Origin: a virus
Virus record (IMG/VR): IMGVR_UViG_3300047300_000501
Location: 10,203 to 74,202 of that record
Direction: 5' to 3' (one strand)
DNA length: 64,000 nucleotides
The notes below the pieces were generated by a model, which saw only the letters and a list, made by a program, of their open reading frames with translations, was not told the origin of the DNA and did no database searches. Each line of letters begins with the position of its first letter. Positions within the stretch are counted from its first letter, which is position 1. Shown in pieces: positions 38,401 through 48,005 of the stretch. A program made the translations under genes and the position numbers.

Positions 38401-39353
38401 AGGCTATTCAGGTACAAATTAACGGTCAGTACTACACTAGAACTCAACTTCAAGATCTTATTGTTAAAAAAGAAGATGAAATTTATCTAATTGAGAATAC
38501 AACATTAAAGTCACTTCAAGATAAGGCTAAGACACAAGAAACAATCCTTGGTGATATGCAAAGAATTATTGATAAATACAATAAGGATATGACTACTGCA
38601 ATTAACAATGTTACTAATGCTACTGGGCAAACAAAGGCCGAATGGGAGGCCGTGAATGCAGTAATTGACACGACTGCAGATTGGCTAGGAGATGAACATT
38701 TACTAGGATTAACCGATGATGTTGCTAATGGCACACTGAAGATTGAAGATGCTTGGAAGAAGGTTCTTGCAGCAATTAAGGCTGCTTCTGATGCTGCTGC
38801 TGCATTTGGAGCAGGCGCAAACGTTAAGGCTAATACCACTCCAACAGGATCACCAACAGCAGCACCAACCCAACTAAATGCTGCACAACAGGAGATTGCT
38901 AAGACACAAATAAGTGCTGTGCAGTCATTAGTAAAGAGTGGTCAAGTAGACAAGGCAGAGTCTGCCACAGTCGCTATGATGAAAGAGATTGCTGCAGTAA
39001 AGCCAATTGCTGCACAAGATGTTGTAGCAATGAGAAAGGCAGCACTTGGATACCTAAGTACTGGTGGACTAGTTCCAAAGTATTTTGCAGCAGGAGGCTT
39101 TGCCCGTGGTTCTGATACTGTACCAGCAATGCTTACACCAGGAGAGTTTGTTATGAGTAAGTATGCTGTTAATCAGCATGGCCTTGGTACTATGAAGGCA
39201 ATCAATAATGGTCAAGAAGTTGGCGGGGCAGTGTATACTTATAACTTAAGTGTTAATGTTAAGTCTGATGCAAACCCTAACGATATTGCAAGAACGGTTA
39301 TGGCACAGATTAAGCAAATTGATTCACAAAGACTTAGAGGGGTAAGACAATAA
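32421..39353 (+). CDS. tape measure protein
   Basis: 2310 aa, Ala/Lys/Gln-rich helical; TP901-like core (A.EAANGLKS.L); C-terminal GSDTVPAMLTPGEFV. Confidence 0.95.
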   Translation: MSDVNANISVNIDTSAALGELKNLQRQISLFHNQIAKSSASAAIAQRNLQQEFVNSINATGQFAARMQTIKTSAESFTTSLEKNKFSMREYFRYGVASSKSFGKVFKTEFETINKVAEERVRKLQTQYIKMGRDASGAMKAIAVTPLALDMENLGTKTMMAAQKQQLFNQLLAQGTTNLVNFGKNTQWAGRQLMVGFTIPLSIFGSTASKVFMDLEKQVIRFKRVYGDLFTLPSETEANLTVIRGLASEFTKYGVAIADTMSIAADAAAAGFSGRKLEEQVKAATKLSILGEVDKQQALSATIAMQTAFKMNSDQLAESINFLNAVENQSVVSLQNLTDAIPRVAPVIQGLGGDIKDMSVFLAAMQEGGVNAAEAANGLKSALASIINPSKAAKEMLASVNIDLNAITTRNEGNVMRTVLDLADAMKELTPLARQRILEQLFGKFQFARVSALFDNIAKSGSQAANALELAKMSSQDLAAIANKELGAIEENTVTKFKASIEALRESIAPVGESFLKVVTPIIELFTKVADKFNNLSDGTKKVVTTLVTLFAGVGPVVLMLVGLIANFGGQMLKLFGLIRNGYLRLSGQSKFLGEQTQYLTSEQMQAEAVAHSLDQVHARLTQRFTVEADAVNNLRNAYLSAAAASERFAFNNPGMMIPQSRQPKRYAEGGVISGPGTGTSDSIIARVSNGEAIIPAASVARNPDLVNALVSNNIPGFASGKNPTTGTVLGGTFRSRQYSPVAMMAPGNTPGGFGMDREWLLMNEEAKASFAASVKTAMMMEQGIRATQANYRKFGENLAPTLDTIFDIFKQGVTDDVTNISQVGQTQYPLIIQSLEQMAANGQLAASDLKSMSVAVRKLLAPLESDLTQQNIQRVELAVNDAGENFVKRASTERFGLSYKDQIKKSFSSELAMRGIAQPADYPGSYQFAHIPYSAPTEKYVEPFLRKKAGAGSAIEQQVLQQLKNGAIFKEGQILIEQQAMQVGRVAVGAVAKGAGTASPSHFTDQTGQDIDNGLIIGMEKRSGAVAAAAAKVANGAVTQFEQTASGLLIPAGSGNNSGMSGLPEGFTPTSGISDTMIGPMPKQSLRGKLGKAYKNFKQQPIKQKASTISGGAMRGGMVASGAMMAASMLPGPMGQIAQQAAPVVMGLQSLAMALPLLTNPVGLAVAGVAAVAAGFFFLKKKQDEYVKSLQDAGKKEAEARLGNIESIQAYSRYVGDKALPSERQFNRVGDKRFIDADLAKAANFRKFYSEEGKTIGNQLSGRMGKANALDVSARDVAQRAASFGLGPADIAANIKAAAELSGVSEIKLKGKVQELLNKDGKDITKEPLTLDARINYLSKASESSLSVIQRKIDQIKPPQLQTDANGNVDYYGYNAEVQKSKETQIKNTKFATVGLTLALEDQKNSLAILNGMYVDGKITVDQYNAAYEAQMVNFRNIKKATDDLVKSLDKVDPSGKASQAAIEDMADQTFKGLEKTNKKVAKLLKTTVTKSLPKNMRTEVLIAYANGSLSATDILQLDSILSEMKGKTYEQKVKFVGDLTGLSDALQAQLDYSLATENLRIAQEKYRKAKERGSTALEKYKKNLDNAKGSVEKLKKAIESGGKVTKDSPEVPGGKSVSEGGGAADKPYAFVDDLLKKLKLVRNNSIDATKGVKGFIAALKGDMKGFKGTDELLRAGGATQGFIDIVGGLDAVTFKKIEKRLFTFTKDGKLKFGDLGSAIQKFTKEVELGSFVDQQQQVVKNADQQMTAYTKLKNAGVSATKITEILGNEALTTAVAAEKVGSTDWKNFIAGAKSATKGVTELGKVLKINAFLADQEQETSTDKMNEYFAAQEAIIRQQARTDFKNLRGYTPEQYEEVIAKQQESVDLAQKAVEEEQAKIDKIQEEVALYNRGLELIGREEEVINKSYETRTKAIDDQISALEDVKKVNQQLIDQQKQQTDLAGALSSGDIGAAARIAQEMRAGAAQNSQQALIDNLGKNKTALELQKQKDIEAIQVQINGQYYTRTQLQDLIVKKEDEIYLIENTTLKSLQDKAKTQETILGDMQRIIDKYNKDMTTAINNVTNATGQTKAEWEAVNAVIDTTADWLGDEHLLGLTDDVANGTLKIEDAWKKVLAAIKAASDAAAAFGAGANVKANTTPTGSPTAAPTQLNAAQQEIAKTQISAVQSLVKSGQVDKAESATVAMMKEIAAVKPIAAQDVVAMRKAALGYLSTGGLVPKYFAAGGFARGSDTVPAMLTPGEFVMSKYAVNQHGLGTMKAINNGQEVGGAVYTYNLSVNVKSDANPNDIARTVMAQIKQIDSQRLRGVRQ

Positions 39354-39994
39354 TGACATCTGCAAACTATATGCTTGGTAGAAAGAAGTATGCAAGACCA
39401 CAAGGTATGCTTTGGGCAGACAACTCTGGAACACTTGTTAATGGAATTTATGTACCAAATGGATATGAAGTAAATTCAGATACAGGATCTGAAACAGATA
39501 CAAGTACATTTAATCAGTTTATTATTCTTTCAGACGACAATAGAGCACCACTTTCATTTGCCCCTACAAGAATTGAAAAAAGAGAGCGAATGGTTAATGG
39601 TCGCATGCGCTCAACACATATAGCAGATAAGTTAACTCTATCGACAAGTTGGACTCTATTACCATCTAGATCACACTATGTCAATCCAGACTTTAATTCT
39701 TCTACTGGTAAATCATCCTACGCAGGTAATAACTCATTTGAGTATACATCTGATGCAGGTGCAGGTGGAGTAGAGATTTTAGACTGGTATGAAAATCATA
39801 AAGGATCTTTTTGGGTTTATCTGTCATACGATAAGTACTCTAACTTTGGTAAAGATGATAATGCCTACGGACATTTAGACCAGTATAGCCAAATTATCGA
39901 GATGTTCTTTGCAGATTTTTCTTATTCAGTTGAAAAGCGTGGTGGGACTAATCATGATCTTTGGAATATTTCTGTTACCCTGGAAGAAGCATAA
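39353..39994 (+). CDS. distal tail / minor tail protein
   Basis: Follows the TMP; RERMVNGRMRS, WNISVTLEEA. Confidence 0.65.
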   Translation: MTSANYMLGRKKYARPQGMLWADNSGTLVNGIYVPNGYEVNSDTGSETDTSTFNQFIILSDDNRAPLSFAPTRIEKRERMVNGRMRSTHIADKLTLSTSWTLLPSRSHYVNPDFNSSTGKSSYAGNNSFEYTSDAGAGGVEILDWYENHKGSFWVYLSYDKYSNFGKDDNAYGHLDQYSQIIEMFFADFSYSVEKRGGTNHDLWNISVTLEEA

Positions 39995-42900
39995 TGTTTG
40001 TAAATGAGGAACTAAAAAAGTTTTTGCAAACATCTTCCGTTGTAAGAAGTCAGTCTGCAGTTATTGCAGAATGGAACATGAACATTGCAGAAAATATTAA
40101 GCGTATTGGAAATTATAGGTATAGACCATTAGACGAAGTGGGAACAAAATATAAAAACCCCACAGGCTCATTTGACTTAAATGATGCTGGAAATTATTTT
40201 ACTAATGCAACTGATGCAGATATTAAGGTTGATGGTGGCTTTGATGATGCTGGCATTCCAATGATTTTTACTTCTACTAAAGAGAAGGTAAAAATGATTT
40301 ACTCTTTAGAAGATTGTTTTAAAAGATTTAGACCACGCTCTGGAATTAACAAGGCAAACTACTTAAAGTCAAAATTTATCCATAACACCAATATTGAAAT
40401 GGCAAAAAGGCCAAGATATTATATGGCAGATAAAAATGATCAGTTTAAGTATTGGACATCATATAGAACAGAAGATAATAAAGAGCGTGGCATTGCTAAT
40501 CAATTTAAAAATGGCAAATACTTTATAGATGACGTATCTCCATTTGTTGTTTATAAAAATAAGGTACCTTCAAACAGAATTGTAATAAAGATGCAGACCA
40601 ACGTTGGTACAGTTGATCTTGGTCCGTTTAAAGGTGCTTCTGGATCTATTTCAGACCCACTATATGGAACAGCCAACCAAACAACACCTGTTCAGTGGAA
40701 GGTTCAAGGGCTCTCAAGCAACAACTGGGTAGACCTGGTTTCATTTAATGAATCCTCTACAAGAAAAGACGGTACAGCAGTAATCAAGGCCGATGGATAT
40801 GTAGAGTTATCATACGGTCTAGTAGTACCAGATAGATATAGGGATGTTTTTGTTAAGGCTGAAGAATATACAAATATAAACTTTTTGCCAGAACAGTCTG
40901 TTAATGGCTATGCTTATTTAATTAAAGAAAACGATCTAGATATTGGGACATACCATGTTTGGTTTGAGGGAGCATATGAAGTCTTTACACCAACATATGG
41001 ATGGTACCTTGAAGAAGAGACCGTAGATAGGCTTACAAACTTTGTAACAGACCTTACATCTCCAGTAAAATATAGTAATACTGCAAATGGAACTGTGTCT
41101 TACCGTGAGTTTGACTATATTGAGGGACTAAGAATTGTTGTTGAAACAATGAACAAGGTAGATTCAACTTTTGATTTAATTGAGTTATCTCCAAGATTAT
41201 GTGTAGATCTATCTGGAAAGGTTCAAGATTTTAATGTTACAAAAACAGCAGGGGATTTAGGTTCTAATGGACTACCAGTGGGTCAACTCCTAGCATCTAC
41301 TGGATCACTTACATTGTTTGATTATGATCAGGCATTTAATGATAACAATGCCAATAGCATAATTGTTAATTATATAAACAATAACATACAGATAAAATTT
41401 TACGACATCGTAGTTGACGTAGACGGATACGATTATTTTATCCCAATAAAAACTATGTACTCTGAAGGTTTTCCACAGACCAATGCTGCATCACGTACCG
41501 TGCAACTATCTCTCAGAGATATGTTTTTCTATTTAGAATCAATAACTGCTCCTCAAATGCTAGTGACTAGTGTATCACTAAGTTATGCTGTCTCACTCTT
41601 ACTTGACTCCATAGGTTTTTCAAATTATGTTTTCAAAAGAATTCCTTCAGAAACAGAATTAGTAATTCCATTCTTTTATATTTCGCCAGATAAAACAATC
41701 GCTGAAGTCTTGAACGATCTTGCTGTGTCAAGTCAAACAGCCATGTTCTTTGATGAGTATAATAACTTTGTAATGATGAGTAAAAAATATATCATGCCAT
41801 CAGCAACAGAAAGGCCAATAGATCTTACAATATATGGCTCAGATGATCAGCAAGACACTGGCGTTAGAGAAAATCAATCAAGAAGCACAAACATTGCCAA
41901 TATTCTTGAGATATCTTCTGAAGACAAGTCTGTATTCAATGATGGGAAAATAACTTATAGCACTAGATATATTCAAAAAACTTTTGGCTCCCTAAGACAA
42001 GCAAGTATGATTGATGCTGACAAAACATGGATATATAAGCCAGTACTACTTTGGGAAGTTGTTGGTTCAGAAAACACAAAGTCTGTTAACGGTGATGTTG
42101 GATCGCAATCAAGTTATGTGCTAGGTGCAATCCCACTTAACTCTACACTATCAGCAGAACTTCCAAGAGTTGTAAATAATAGCATTACTAATAACATTAT
42201 GGATTTAGGTGAGGGAGTCTATTGGCTTACACGAAACTCTGGGTACTTCTATGCTAACTCTGAGATTATAAAATATGATGCAGTTCAGTATAATGTCGGT
42301 GGAGTTGGCAACGTATGGATAACTAATTCTCAAGAGTATGAGAATTACTTTTCTAAGATTAGTTTTAATGGCAAGATATACCCAACTGGACTTGTTAGAA
42401 TTTATTCAGAGCCTAATTATGAAGTGGTTGATGGAGTATTTAAGTTTAAAAATGGACCAGTTGCAAAACACGGTAGGGGTCAGTTTGGAACATCTGTAAT
42501 GTCTCATAATGCTGGTATTAATCCGTACTGGTCAGATAACGCAAACGTTCGTGGTTGCACAATGAAATCTCAATACCTATTTAGTTTAAATGGACAGTCA
42601 GATCAAACAACCACCTATAGTGTTGCTGCAGCAGGGGTTAACAACACACTAGCGCAAAAGTCAACACGTAATGGAATTATTAAAAACTTTTTATCTAGTT
42701 CTTTTATGACAGAAACAGCAGTTAATAAATTACAATCTACTCAAACAGGAACAATACAGTCATCGGCATTGATTCTAGAAGGACCAGCGTTTAGCACTAT
42801 TGAGACACCACTTGACTTTTTATCTTATGTGTATAAGCCTCTTACGAATAAGTTTAAGCATTTTGGAACAAGAATGCGTATTGTGGGTAAAATTGAAAAC

Positions 42901-44292
42901 AATGAAAACCGTGGGCAAACTCCAATTGGTAGTGGCACATACTATGTTGTTACTGGATCTCAGCCAAGTCAAAACATCAATGTTGGTGGAGGATCAGGTG
43001 GTCTTGCAGTAATGCTAAACCCAGAAACTAATAATGGATACTACTTTGAGATTATTGCACTAACTGAAAATAATATCAATGACTATACCAATGCTTCTGA
43101 AAGACTACATAATATAATCTTCTATAAGATTGGAAAAGATCCAGCATCTTCTAATGCCATTCCGATTAAACTTTGGGGAGGTCTTTCAAATATTATTGTT
43201 GATAACGGAAAGTTTACTGGACAGTATCGAATGGTAGGAGAAGAAAATCCAACAGTCTACGATCTTGCAGTAGAATACCAAGACATAGGAAAGATTAGAA
43301 GATTCTTTCTTTATATTAACAACAAGTTAATTACAACAGTTGATGATACAAATCCATTGCCGATATATAATAATATGGCAGTATTCTCTCGTGGTGCTTC
43401 TAGATGTATGTTTGAAAACATTTATGCTTTAGCAAGTAACTACTCTCAAAATACAACATTTGCCTTAGACACACCAGTCAACTCTGCAATTGATGACGCA
43501 GAGATTAGTGCTAATGAATCATTTAGTAAGTATGCCATGAGTGGAATAGTTCAGTCTACATTTTTGTCTGGCATAAGTCCATCCGAACCACCAAAGTATT
43601 TAATGTACTTTGAAGAGTTTGGAACTATTATGAGAGAGGCAGCATATTTTAATGTAAGATATGACAAGGCATATCCAGCACTTTATGCAAAATTATCTCC
43701 AACCTTTAATAGAATTAAGGGCTACACAGTTTCTGGTTTTAGAGCGGGATCATATGGCGCAGAGTTCCTAATTTTTAATGCTACAGATACAGCACTAAGT
43801 CTAGATGAAACAACTGGGAACTATTTAAGAATTCAGGGTATTACATTTACACAACAATCTCAAAATGAACTAACTGTTGACTCTTACTTTACAAAGAATA
43901 GTAATTTCTCTAATACAGATTTTGCCAACACTCAACTTGTCAAATCTCCGCTAAAGGCATCGCAAGACTACGAGGATATTAAGGTTAGCAGAATGACATA
44001 TGGTAAGAAAGACTTTGCTTTGGATACTCCTTATGTTCAAACTTCAGATGACGCTGAATCATTAATGTCATGGATTATTTCAAAAATAGCAAAGCCAAGA
44101 AAGTCAGTTGGTGTAAGGCTATTTAATCTTCCAATTCTACAACTTGGAGATATTGTAAATATTCATTACAAGAGTGCAGATGGTGTGGACGAGGTGTCTC
44201 CATCATCAACTAGATTTTTAGTATATAATATAGAGTATGCAAAAAGCCCAGATGGATCAGATATGACAGTTTATCTAAGTGAGGTGGCATAA
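39994..44292 (+). CDS. large minor tail (hub/baseplate) protein
   Basis: MFFDEYNNFV, PILQLGDIV.I hub-like motifs; position. Confidence 0.7.
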   Translation: MFVNEELKKFLQTSSVVRSQSAVIAEWNMNIAENIKRIGNYRYRPLDEVGTKYKNPTGSFDLNDAGNYFTNATDADIKVDGGFDDAGIPMIFTSTKEKVKMIYSLEDCFKRFRPRSGINKANYLKSKFIHNTNIEMAKRPRYYMADKNDQFKYWTSYRTEDNKERGIANQFKNGKYFIDDVSPFVVYKNKVPSNRIVIKMQTNVGTVDLGPFKGASGSISDPLYGTANQTTPVQWKVQGLSSNNWVDLVSFNESSTRKDGTAVIKADGYVELSYGLVVPDRYRDVFVKAEEYTNINFLPEQSVNGYAYLIKENDLDIGTYHVWFEGAYEVFTPTYGWYLEEETVDRLTNFVTDLTSPVKYSNTANGTVSYREFDYIEGLRIVVETMNKVDSTFDLIELSPRLCVDLSGKVQDFNVTKTAGDLGSNGLPVGQLLASTGSLTLFDYDQAFNDNNANSIIVNYINNNIQIKFYDIVVDVDGYDYFIPIKTMYSEGFPQTNAASRTVQLSLRDMFFYLESITAPQMLVTSVSLSYAVSLLLDSIGFSNYVFKRIPSETELVIPFFYISPDKTIAEVLNDLAVSSQTAMFFDEYNNFVMMSKKYIMPSATERPIDLTIYGSDDQQDTGVRENQSRSTNIANILEISSEDKSVFNDGKITYSTRYIQKTFGSLRQASMIDADKTWIYKPVLLWEVVGSENTKSVNGDVGSQSSYVLGAIPLNSTLSAELPRVVNNSITNNIMDLGEGVYWLTRNSGYFYANSEIIKYDAVQYNVGGVGNVWITNSQEYENYFSKISFNGKIYPTGLVRIYSEPNYEVVDGVFKFKNGPVAKHGRGQFGTSVMSHNAGINPYWSDNANVRGCTMKSQYLFSLNGQSDQTTTYSVAAAGVNNTLAQKSTRNGIIKNFLSSSFMTETAVNKLQSTQTGTIQSSALILEGPAFSTIETPLDFLSYVYKPLTNKFKHFGTRMRIVGKIENNENRGQTPIGSGTYYVVTGSQPSQNINVGGGSGGLAVMLNPETNNGYYFEIIALTENNINDYTNASERLHNIIFYKIGKDPASSNAIPIKLWGGLSNIIVDNGKFTGQYRMVGEENPTVYDLAVEYQDIGKIRRFFLYINNKLITTVDDTNPLPIYNNMAVFSRGASRCMFENIYALASNYSQNTTFALDTPVNSAIDDAEISANESFSKYAMSGIVQSTFLSGISPSEPPKYLMYFEEFGTIMREAAYFNVRYDKAYPALYAKLSPTFNRIKGYTVSGFRAGSYGAEFLIFNATDTALSLDETTGNYLRIQGITFTQQSQNELTVDSYFTKNSNFSNTDFANTQLVKSPLKASQDYEDIKVSRMTYGKKDFALDTPYVQTSDDAESLMSWIISKIAKPRKSVGVRLFNLPILQLGDIVNIHYKSADGVDEVSPSSTRFLVYNIEYAKSPDGSDMTVYLSEVA

Positions 44293-44780
44293 TGGTTGAT
44301 GCAAACCCAAACTTGCCAGCAATAGTTCCATCTACATCCTCAACTGGTGTTAAGATACCAACAACAGATATTATTTTGTATAATGATGAGTCTACTCCAA
44401 TTGAGGTAATGTCGGATTTAATCTTTGAAAATATTGGTGGGCAAGAGATTATTAACATTGCAAGAAATGATATTGTCAATGGCCAAAATGTTATTTATCA
44501 GCCAATCAAAAATTTAACAAGTTTATACTTTCAGTATAACCCACAAAACATTCTTGCCTTGCAAAATGTATCAGATGAGTACTTCAAAAAGTTTCCAATA
44601 AAACTAGAGAATACAATTCCAAATGTTGGAACTGGTCCAAATGGTGAGACAGTTTATATTGAGGCATCTACTGGTAACCTTATAATAAATGTTATTAATT
44701 TAAATCCAGATGAGCAAGTAGAGGTTGAGATCTTGAGTAATGGGGCAATTTTTGATGATACAATATATGGGGTGGAATAA
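44292..44780 (+). CDS. minor tail protein
   Basis: Coupled ORF in the tail module. Confidence 0.5.
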   Translation: MVDANPNLPAIVPSTSSTGVKIPTTDIILYNDESTPIEVMSDLIFENIGGQEIINIARNDIVNGQNVIYQPIKNLTSLYFQYNPQNILALQNVSDEYFKKFPIKLENTIPNVGTGPNGETVYIEASTGNLIINVINLNPDEQVEVEILSNGAIFDDTIYGVE

Positions 44781-44782
44781 AA

Positions 44783-45904
44783 ATGATAACTAATACTGGC
44801 AAGAATATTCTTGCAAAATACTTAATTGGTCAAGCGCCAGCATATGCTTCATATGTTGCTGTTGGCTGTGGAGCAACACCTGTAGCAACAGATGCACTAC
44901 TTGGTGACTATTCTTCTAAGACGCAACTCGATTTTGAGATGTTTAGAGTACCTATAACTTCCAGGGGATATGTGAATGAAGATGGAGTATCAAAGATAGT
45001 CTTAACTGCAGAGTTGCCAACTGAAGAAAGATATGAGATTAGCGAGGTTGGTATCTATTCTGCTGGATCTAACCCTATGGCTGGTTCGTATGACAGCAAA
45101 TCTATTTATGCTTTTACACAGGATGAAAACTGGGAACATCATACAGCAAGCGCAGCAACAGATATCCCAATTATCTATGAGCCACTAGATGGTTCAGATA
45201 ACGATAATGTTATTGATCAACCTTATTCTGTTTTTCAAACCAACGCAGACAATAGAATCTTTACTAACTCCCAAAGAGTTAATAGATATGAAAGATGTAG
45301 ATTCTTTAATAACGTTGTTATGATGTCTGGAAACTCATCAAACTTGACACTGGACTCTAATAATAGACTTGTTGTTAATGCTGGGTCAGAGCACATCCAT
45401 CTTACAGGAGCATCTCTTGACTTTAATAAAAATGCTCCTACAGATGCACTAAAGTTTGCATTTTCTCTTGCTAGCAAAGACGGACAATCAAATGCTGTGC
45501 CAGACTCAGTACGAATTCTTTTGCAATTTGCATCAACAGATGTTCATGGAACAGGAGAGTACGCTAGGTTTGAGGTTATATTAAACAGCGCAGATTATGA
45601 TTTTAATACAAAAAGATATTTTGTCGCTACCAAACAGTTGCAAGAACTGGTTAAAAGTTCTGGATTTACTTGGGCAAGCGTCGATGTTGTACAAATTTAT
45701 GCCTGTGTAATTGATAATGGAGCACCATCTTCTGATTTTTATGTTTGCCTAGATGCAATTAGATTTGAAAATACTAGCACAACAAATCCTCTCTACGGTC
45801 TTACTGGATACTCAATTATTAAAAATACAAATGCTGCTACAATTGTTAAGACAGCAAATACAACAAACTACATTGAGTTTAGGTTTGCAATGGATGTGCA
45901 GTAA
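44783..45904 (+). CDS. minor tail / baseplate protein
   Basis: MITNTGK..LAKY, ISEVGIYS N-terminal baseplate/fibre-type motif. Confidence 0.6.
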   Translation: MITNTGKNILAKYLIGQAPAYASYVAVGCGATPVATDALLGDYSSKTQLDFEMFRVPITSRGYVNEDGVSKIVLTAELPTEERYEISEVGIYSAGSNPMAGSYDSKSIYAFTQDENWEHHTASAATDIPIIYEPLDGSDNDNVIDQPYSVFQTNADNRIFTNSQRVNRYERCRFFNNVVMMSGNSSNLTLDSNNRLVVNAGSEHIHLTGASLDFNKNAPTDALKFAFSLASKDGQSNAVPDSVRILLQFASTDVHGTGEYARFEVILNSADYDFNTKRYFVATKQLQELVKSSGFTWASVDVVQIYACVIDNGAPSSDFYVCLDAIRFENTSTTNPLYGLTGYSIIKNTNAATIVKTANTTNYIEFRFAMDVQ

Positions 45905-46335
45905 TGGCTGATCCAGGGATTAAAAAAGTAATTATTGCAAAGAAAAATCTACCTTCAATATTTGGCACCCATCAAAAGTACGTAGTAAGATATAGAATAG
46001 TTTCGGAAGATAGAAATAGAACATCTCATTGGTCTGCACAGTATAAACTAAATGCTCCCGCTATAACAAATATTAATCATTCTATCTCCGTGGATGCAAC
46101 TGCTAATACTATTAAACTTGTCTGGGATGAAGTAAGCAATATATCAGGTTATGACATTTATGTCAAGTGGGATTCTGGATCTTGGTCACATATAACCACA
46201 ACCACAAACAATAACTATACTTGTTTAATTAAAGATTCCTCTACTTCTGTACAATTTGCAGTCCAAGTGCCTACATTTCCTAAGTCTAGATTTGTGCAGT
46301 CAACATTATTTGAAACGGTTTCTACCAGTCTTTGA
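45904..46335 (+). CDS. minor tail protein with FN3-like domain
   Basis: IKLVWDEVSNISGYDIYV. Confidence 0.5.
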   Translation: MADPGIKKVIIAKKNLPSIFGTHQKYVVRYRIVSEDRNRTSHWSAQYKLNAPAITNINHSISVDATANTIKLVWDEVSNISGYDIYVKWDSGSWSHITTTTNNNYTCLIKDSSTSVQFAVQVPTFPKSRFVQSTLFETVSTSL

Positions 46336-46350
46336 TGGTATAATAGAATA

Positions 46351-46794
46351 ATGGCTAAAGTACCGCTACCAGAAAGAGGACAACCACTAGATGTTTCATA
46401 CATCTATCAATTGGCTAATGCCCTGAATGAGTTGTCTACGCAGGTTTCTCCTGCCACCTATAAGTATGTTACAGTAGACACTGCAGGTGTCGGAAAACAA
46501 AGCGTGAAGGCTTCTGAGGCCCGTATAATCGGAGGGTACGTAGATGTTGTGTCTAGCGCCACAAAGAGTGCTGGACAGGAAGTAGCATTCTCATACGACT
46601 TCCCAACAGACTTTAAGTATGCTCCAATAGCAACAGCAACACCAGTAAATGTTGGTGGAACAGATGCTGGTAAGAATGTTTCTGTAGTCTTAAAAACAAT
46701 TACAACTTCAAAAATTGAAGGTATTGTAAGATTTAATACAACTGGTGATCTATCTGTTGCTGTTAATATAATAGTAATAGGTATCCCAAATTGA
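46351..46794 (+). CDS. minor tail protein (H-type-lectin/gp53-like C-terminus)
   Basis: FPTDFKYAPIATAT...VNIIVIG; leaderless promoter TGGTATAAT 46336..46344. Confidence 0.5.
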   Translation: MAKVPLPERGQPLDVSYIYQLANALNELSTQVSPATYKYVTVDTAGVGKQSVKASEARIIGGYVDVVSSATKSAGQEVAFSYDFPTDFKYAPIATATPVNVGGTDAGKNVSVVLKTITTSKIEGIVRFNTTGDLSVAVNIIVIGIPN

Positions 46795-46985
46795 TGCTAA
46801 CATGCGCTAAGTGTAAAAAGAAAATGCTTGTCGATAGACAGTATAGTTCAGTTGGACATATTGAAACATATTGTTTATATTGTGGAACTAGAAAATTTTT
46901 TCACCCACCAGAAGATTCAGAAGAGGGAAGATGGCTACTAAAAAAGGAACAACAGAGAGCGAAGGCTACAATCTCAAACCTGTAA
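46794..46985 (+). CDS. zinc-ribbon protein
   Basis: CAKC...CLYCG. Confidence 0.6.
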   Translation: MLTCAKCKKKMLVDRQYSSVGHIETYCLYCGTRKFFHPPEDSEEGRWLLKKEQQRAKATISNL

Positions 46986-47473
46986 TTCCTGGAAACAAAA
47001 AGGTTTGGTTTTTGAATGGTAGTTTAGTTAGAATACATCACTTCAATAAGTCTAATGGCATAATGTCTGTTTATAATATTACAGAAGACAGAATTGAAAG
47101 TTGTTTAATTAGTGATTTTAAAAGCAAAAGAGAACGTGCATATACTGTTGGCGAGACTGCTGAATTAGTTAATCGTCATAAAAAATATATGCCATCATTA
47201 ATGAAGCGTGGAGTTATTCCTTTTCCAACTGGATCACAAAAAGGTGGGGCACGAGGGTTTCAGGTACGCTCATATTATTCAGAATCACAGGTAAGAGAGA
47301 TTCGTGATATACTTGCTACACACCACATGGGTAGACCAAGAAAAGACAACTTAATAACAAATGATATTACGCCTACAAAGCAAGAGTTGACACGCAGAAT
47401 GGGCGATGGTATACTTACATATACGAAGACAGAAGATGGACGTTTTGTTCCAATATGGAACGAATCTATTTAA
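46931..47473 (+). CDS. MerR-like HTH DNA-binding protein
   Basis: YTVGETAELVNRH...RGVIP.P...RSYYSESQV. Confidence 0.65.
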   Translation: MATKKGTTESEGYNLKPVIPGNKKVWFLNGSLVRIHHFNKSNGIMSVYNITEDRIESCLISDFKSKRERAYTVGETAELVNRHKKYMPSLMKRGVIPFPTGSQKGGARGFQVRSYYSESQVREIRDILATHHMGRPRKDNLITNDITPTKQELTRRMGDGILTYTKTEDGRFVPIWNESI

Positions 47474-47487
47474 CAAAGGGGTATGAA

Positions 47488-47697
47488 TTGGAAAACGACA
47501 ACACAAAGGTATCAGTTACACTAGGATACACACTTAATCTTGGAAACTTTCAGTCGCTAAGACTTGATCTTGGAGTAGTTGACTCAAAGCGAGATGGAGA
47601 AAATACTGAACAGGCTTTTGAGCGTGTTTATAAATTTGTTGAGGATAAACTCACAGAGAAGATTCAAGAGGCTCAGTCAGAGGCTGCTGAAGGCTAA
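47488..47697 (+). CDS. hypothetical protein
   Basis: VTLGYTLNLGNFQSLRLD; TTG start after aagggg. Confidence 0.6.
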   Translation: MENDNTKVSVTLGYTLNLGNFQSLRLDLGVVDSKRDGENTEQAFERVYKFVEDKLTEKIQEAQSEAAEG

Positions 47698-48005
47698 TGG
47701 CAGAACGCAAAGACCGTATGGCTTTGCTTTCCCGCTACAGCAAGTTTCATACTGCAAGGTATGAGGTAAAGCCATCATTAAACTTAAACGTTGAGCAATG
47801 GTCAGCAGATGCTCTTATTGAGTCATACGGCATGGGGCAATGCTATGATCTATTAGAGCATTACTTCAAGGTAGCACAATCTCCTTCGTGGAATTATTTT
47901 GCATACAATACAGAAAAAATATTACAGGCAAAACTAGACAAAGAGCAAGACGATAAAGATAGAGCAGAGAGAAGAAAAATGGCAAAGGAGTGGTTAAGTG
48001 AATAA
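47697..48005 (+). CDS. hypothetical protein (possible helicase loader/initiator)
   Basis: Coupled directly upstream of the helicase. Confidence 0.5.
   Translation: MAERKDRMALLSRYSKFHTARYEVKPSLNLNVEQWSADALIESYGMGQCYDLLEHYFKVAQSPSWNYFAYNTEKILQAKLDKEQDDKDRAERRKMAKEWLSE

Noticed and set aside
32603-38839. Multiple short alternative-frame and antisense ORFs within the tape measure
   Set aside because: Fully nested, no motifs; expected from biased codon usage.
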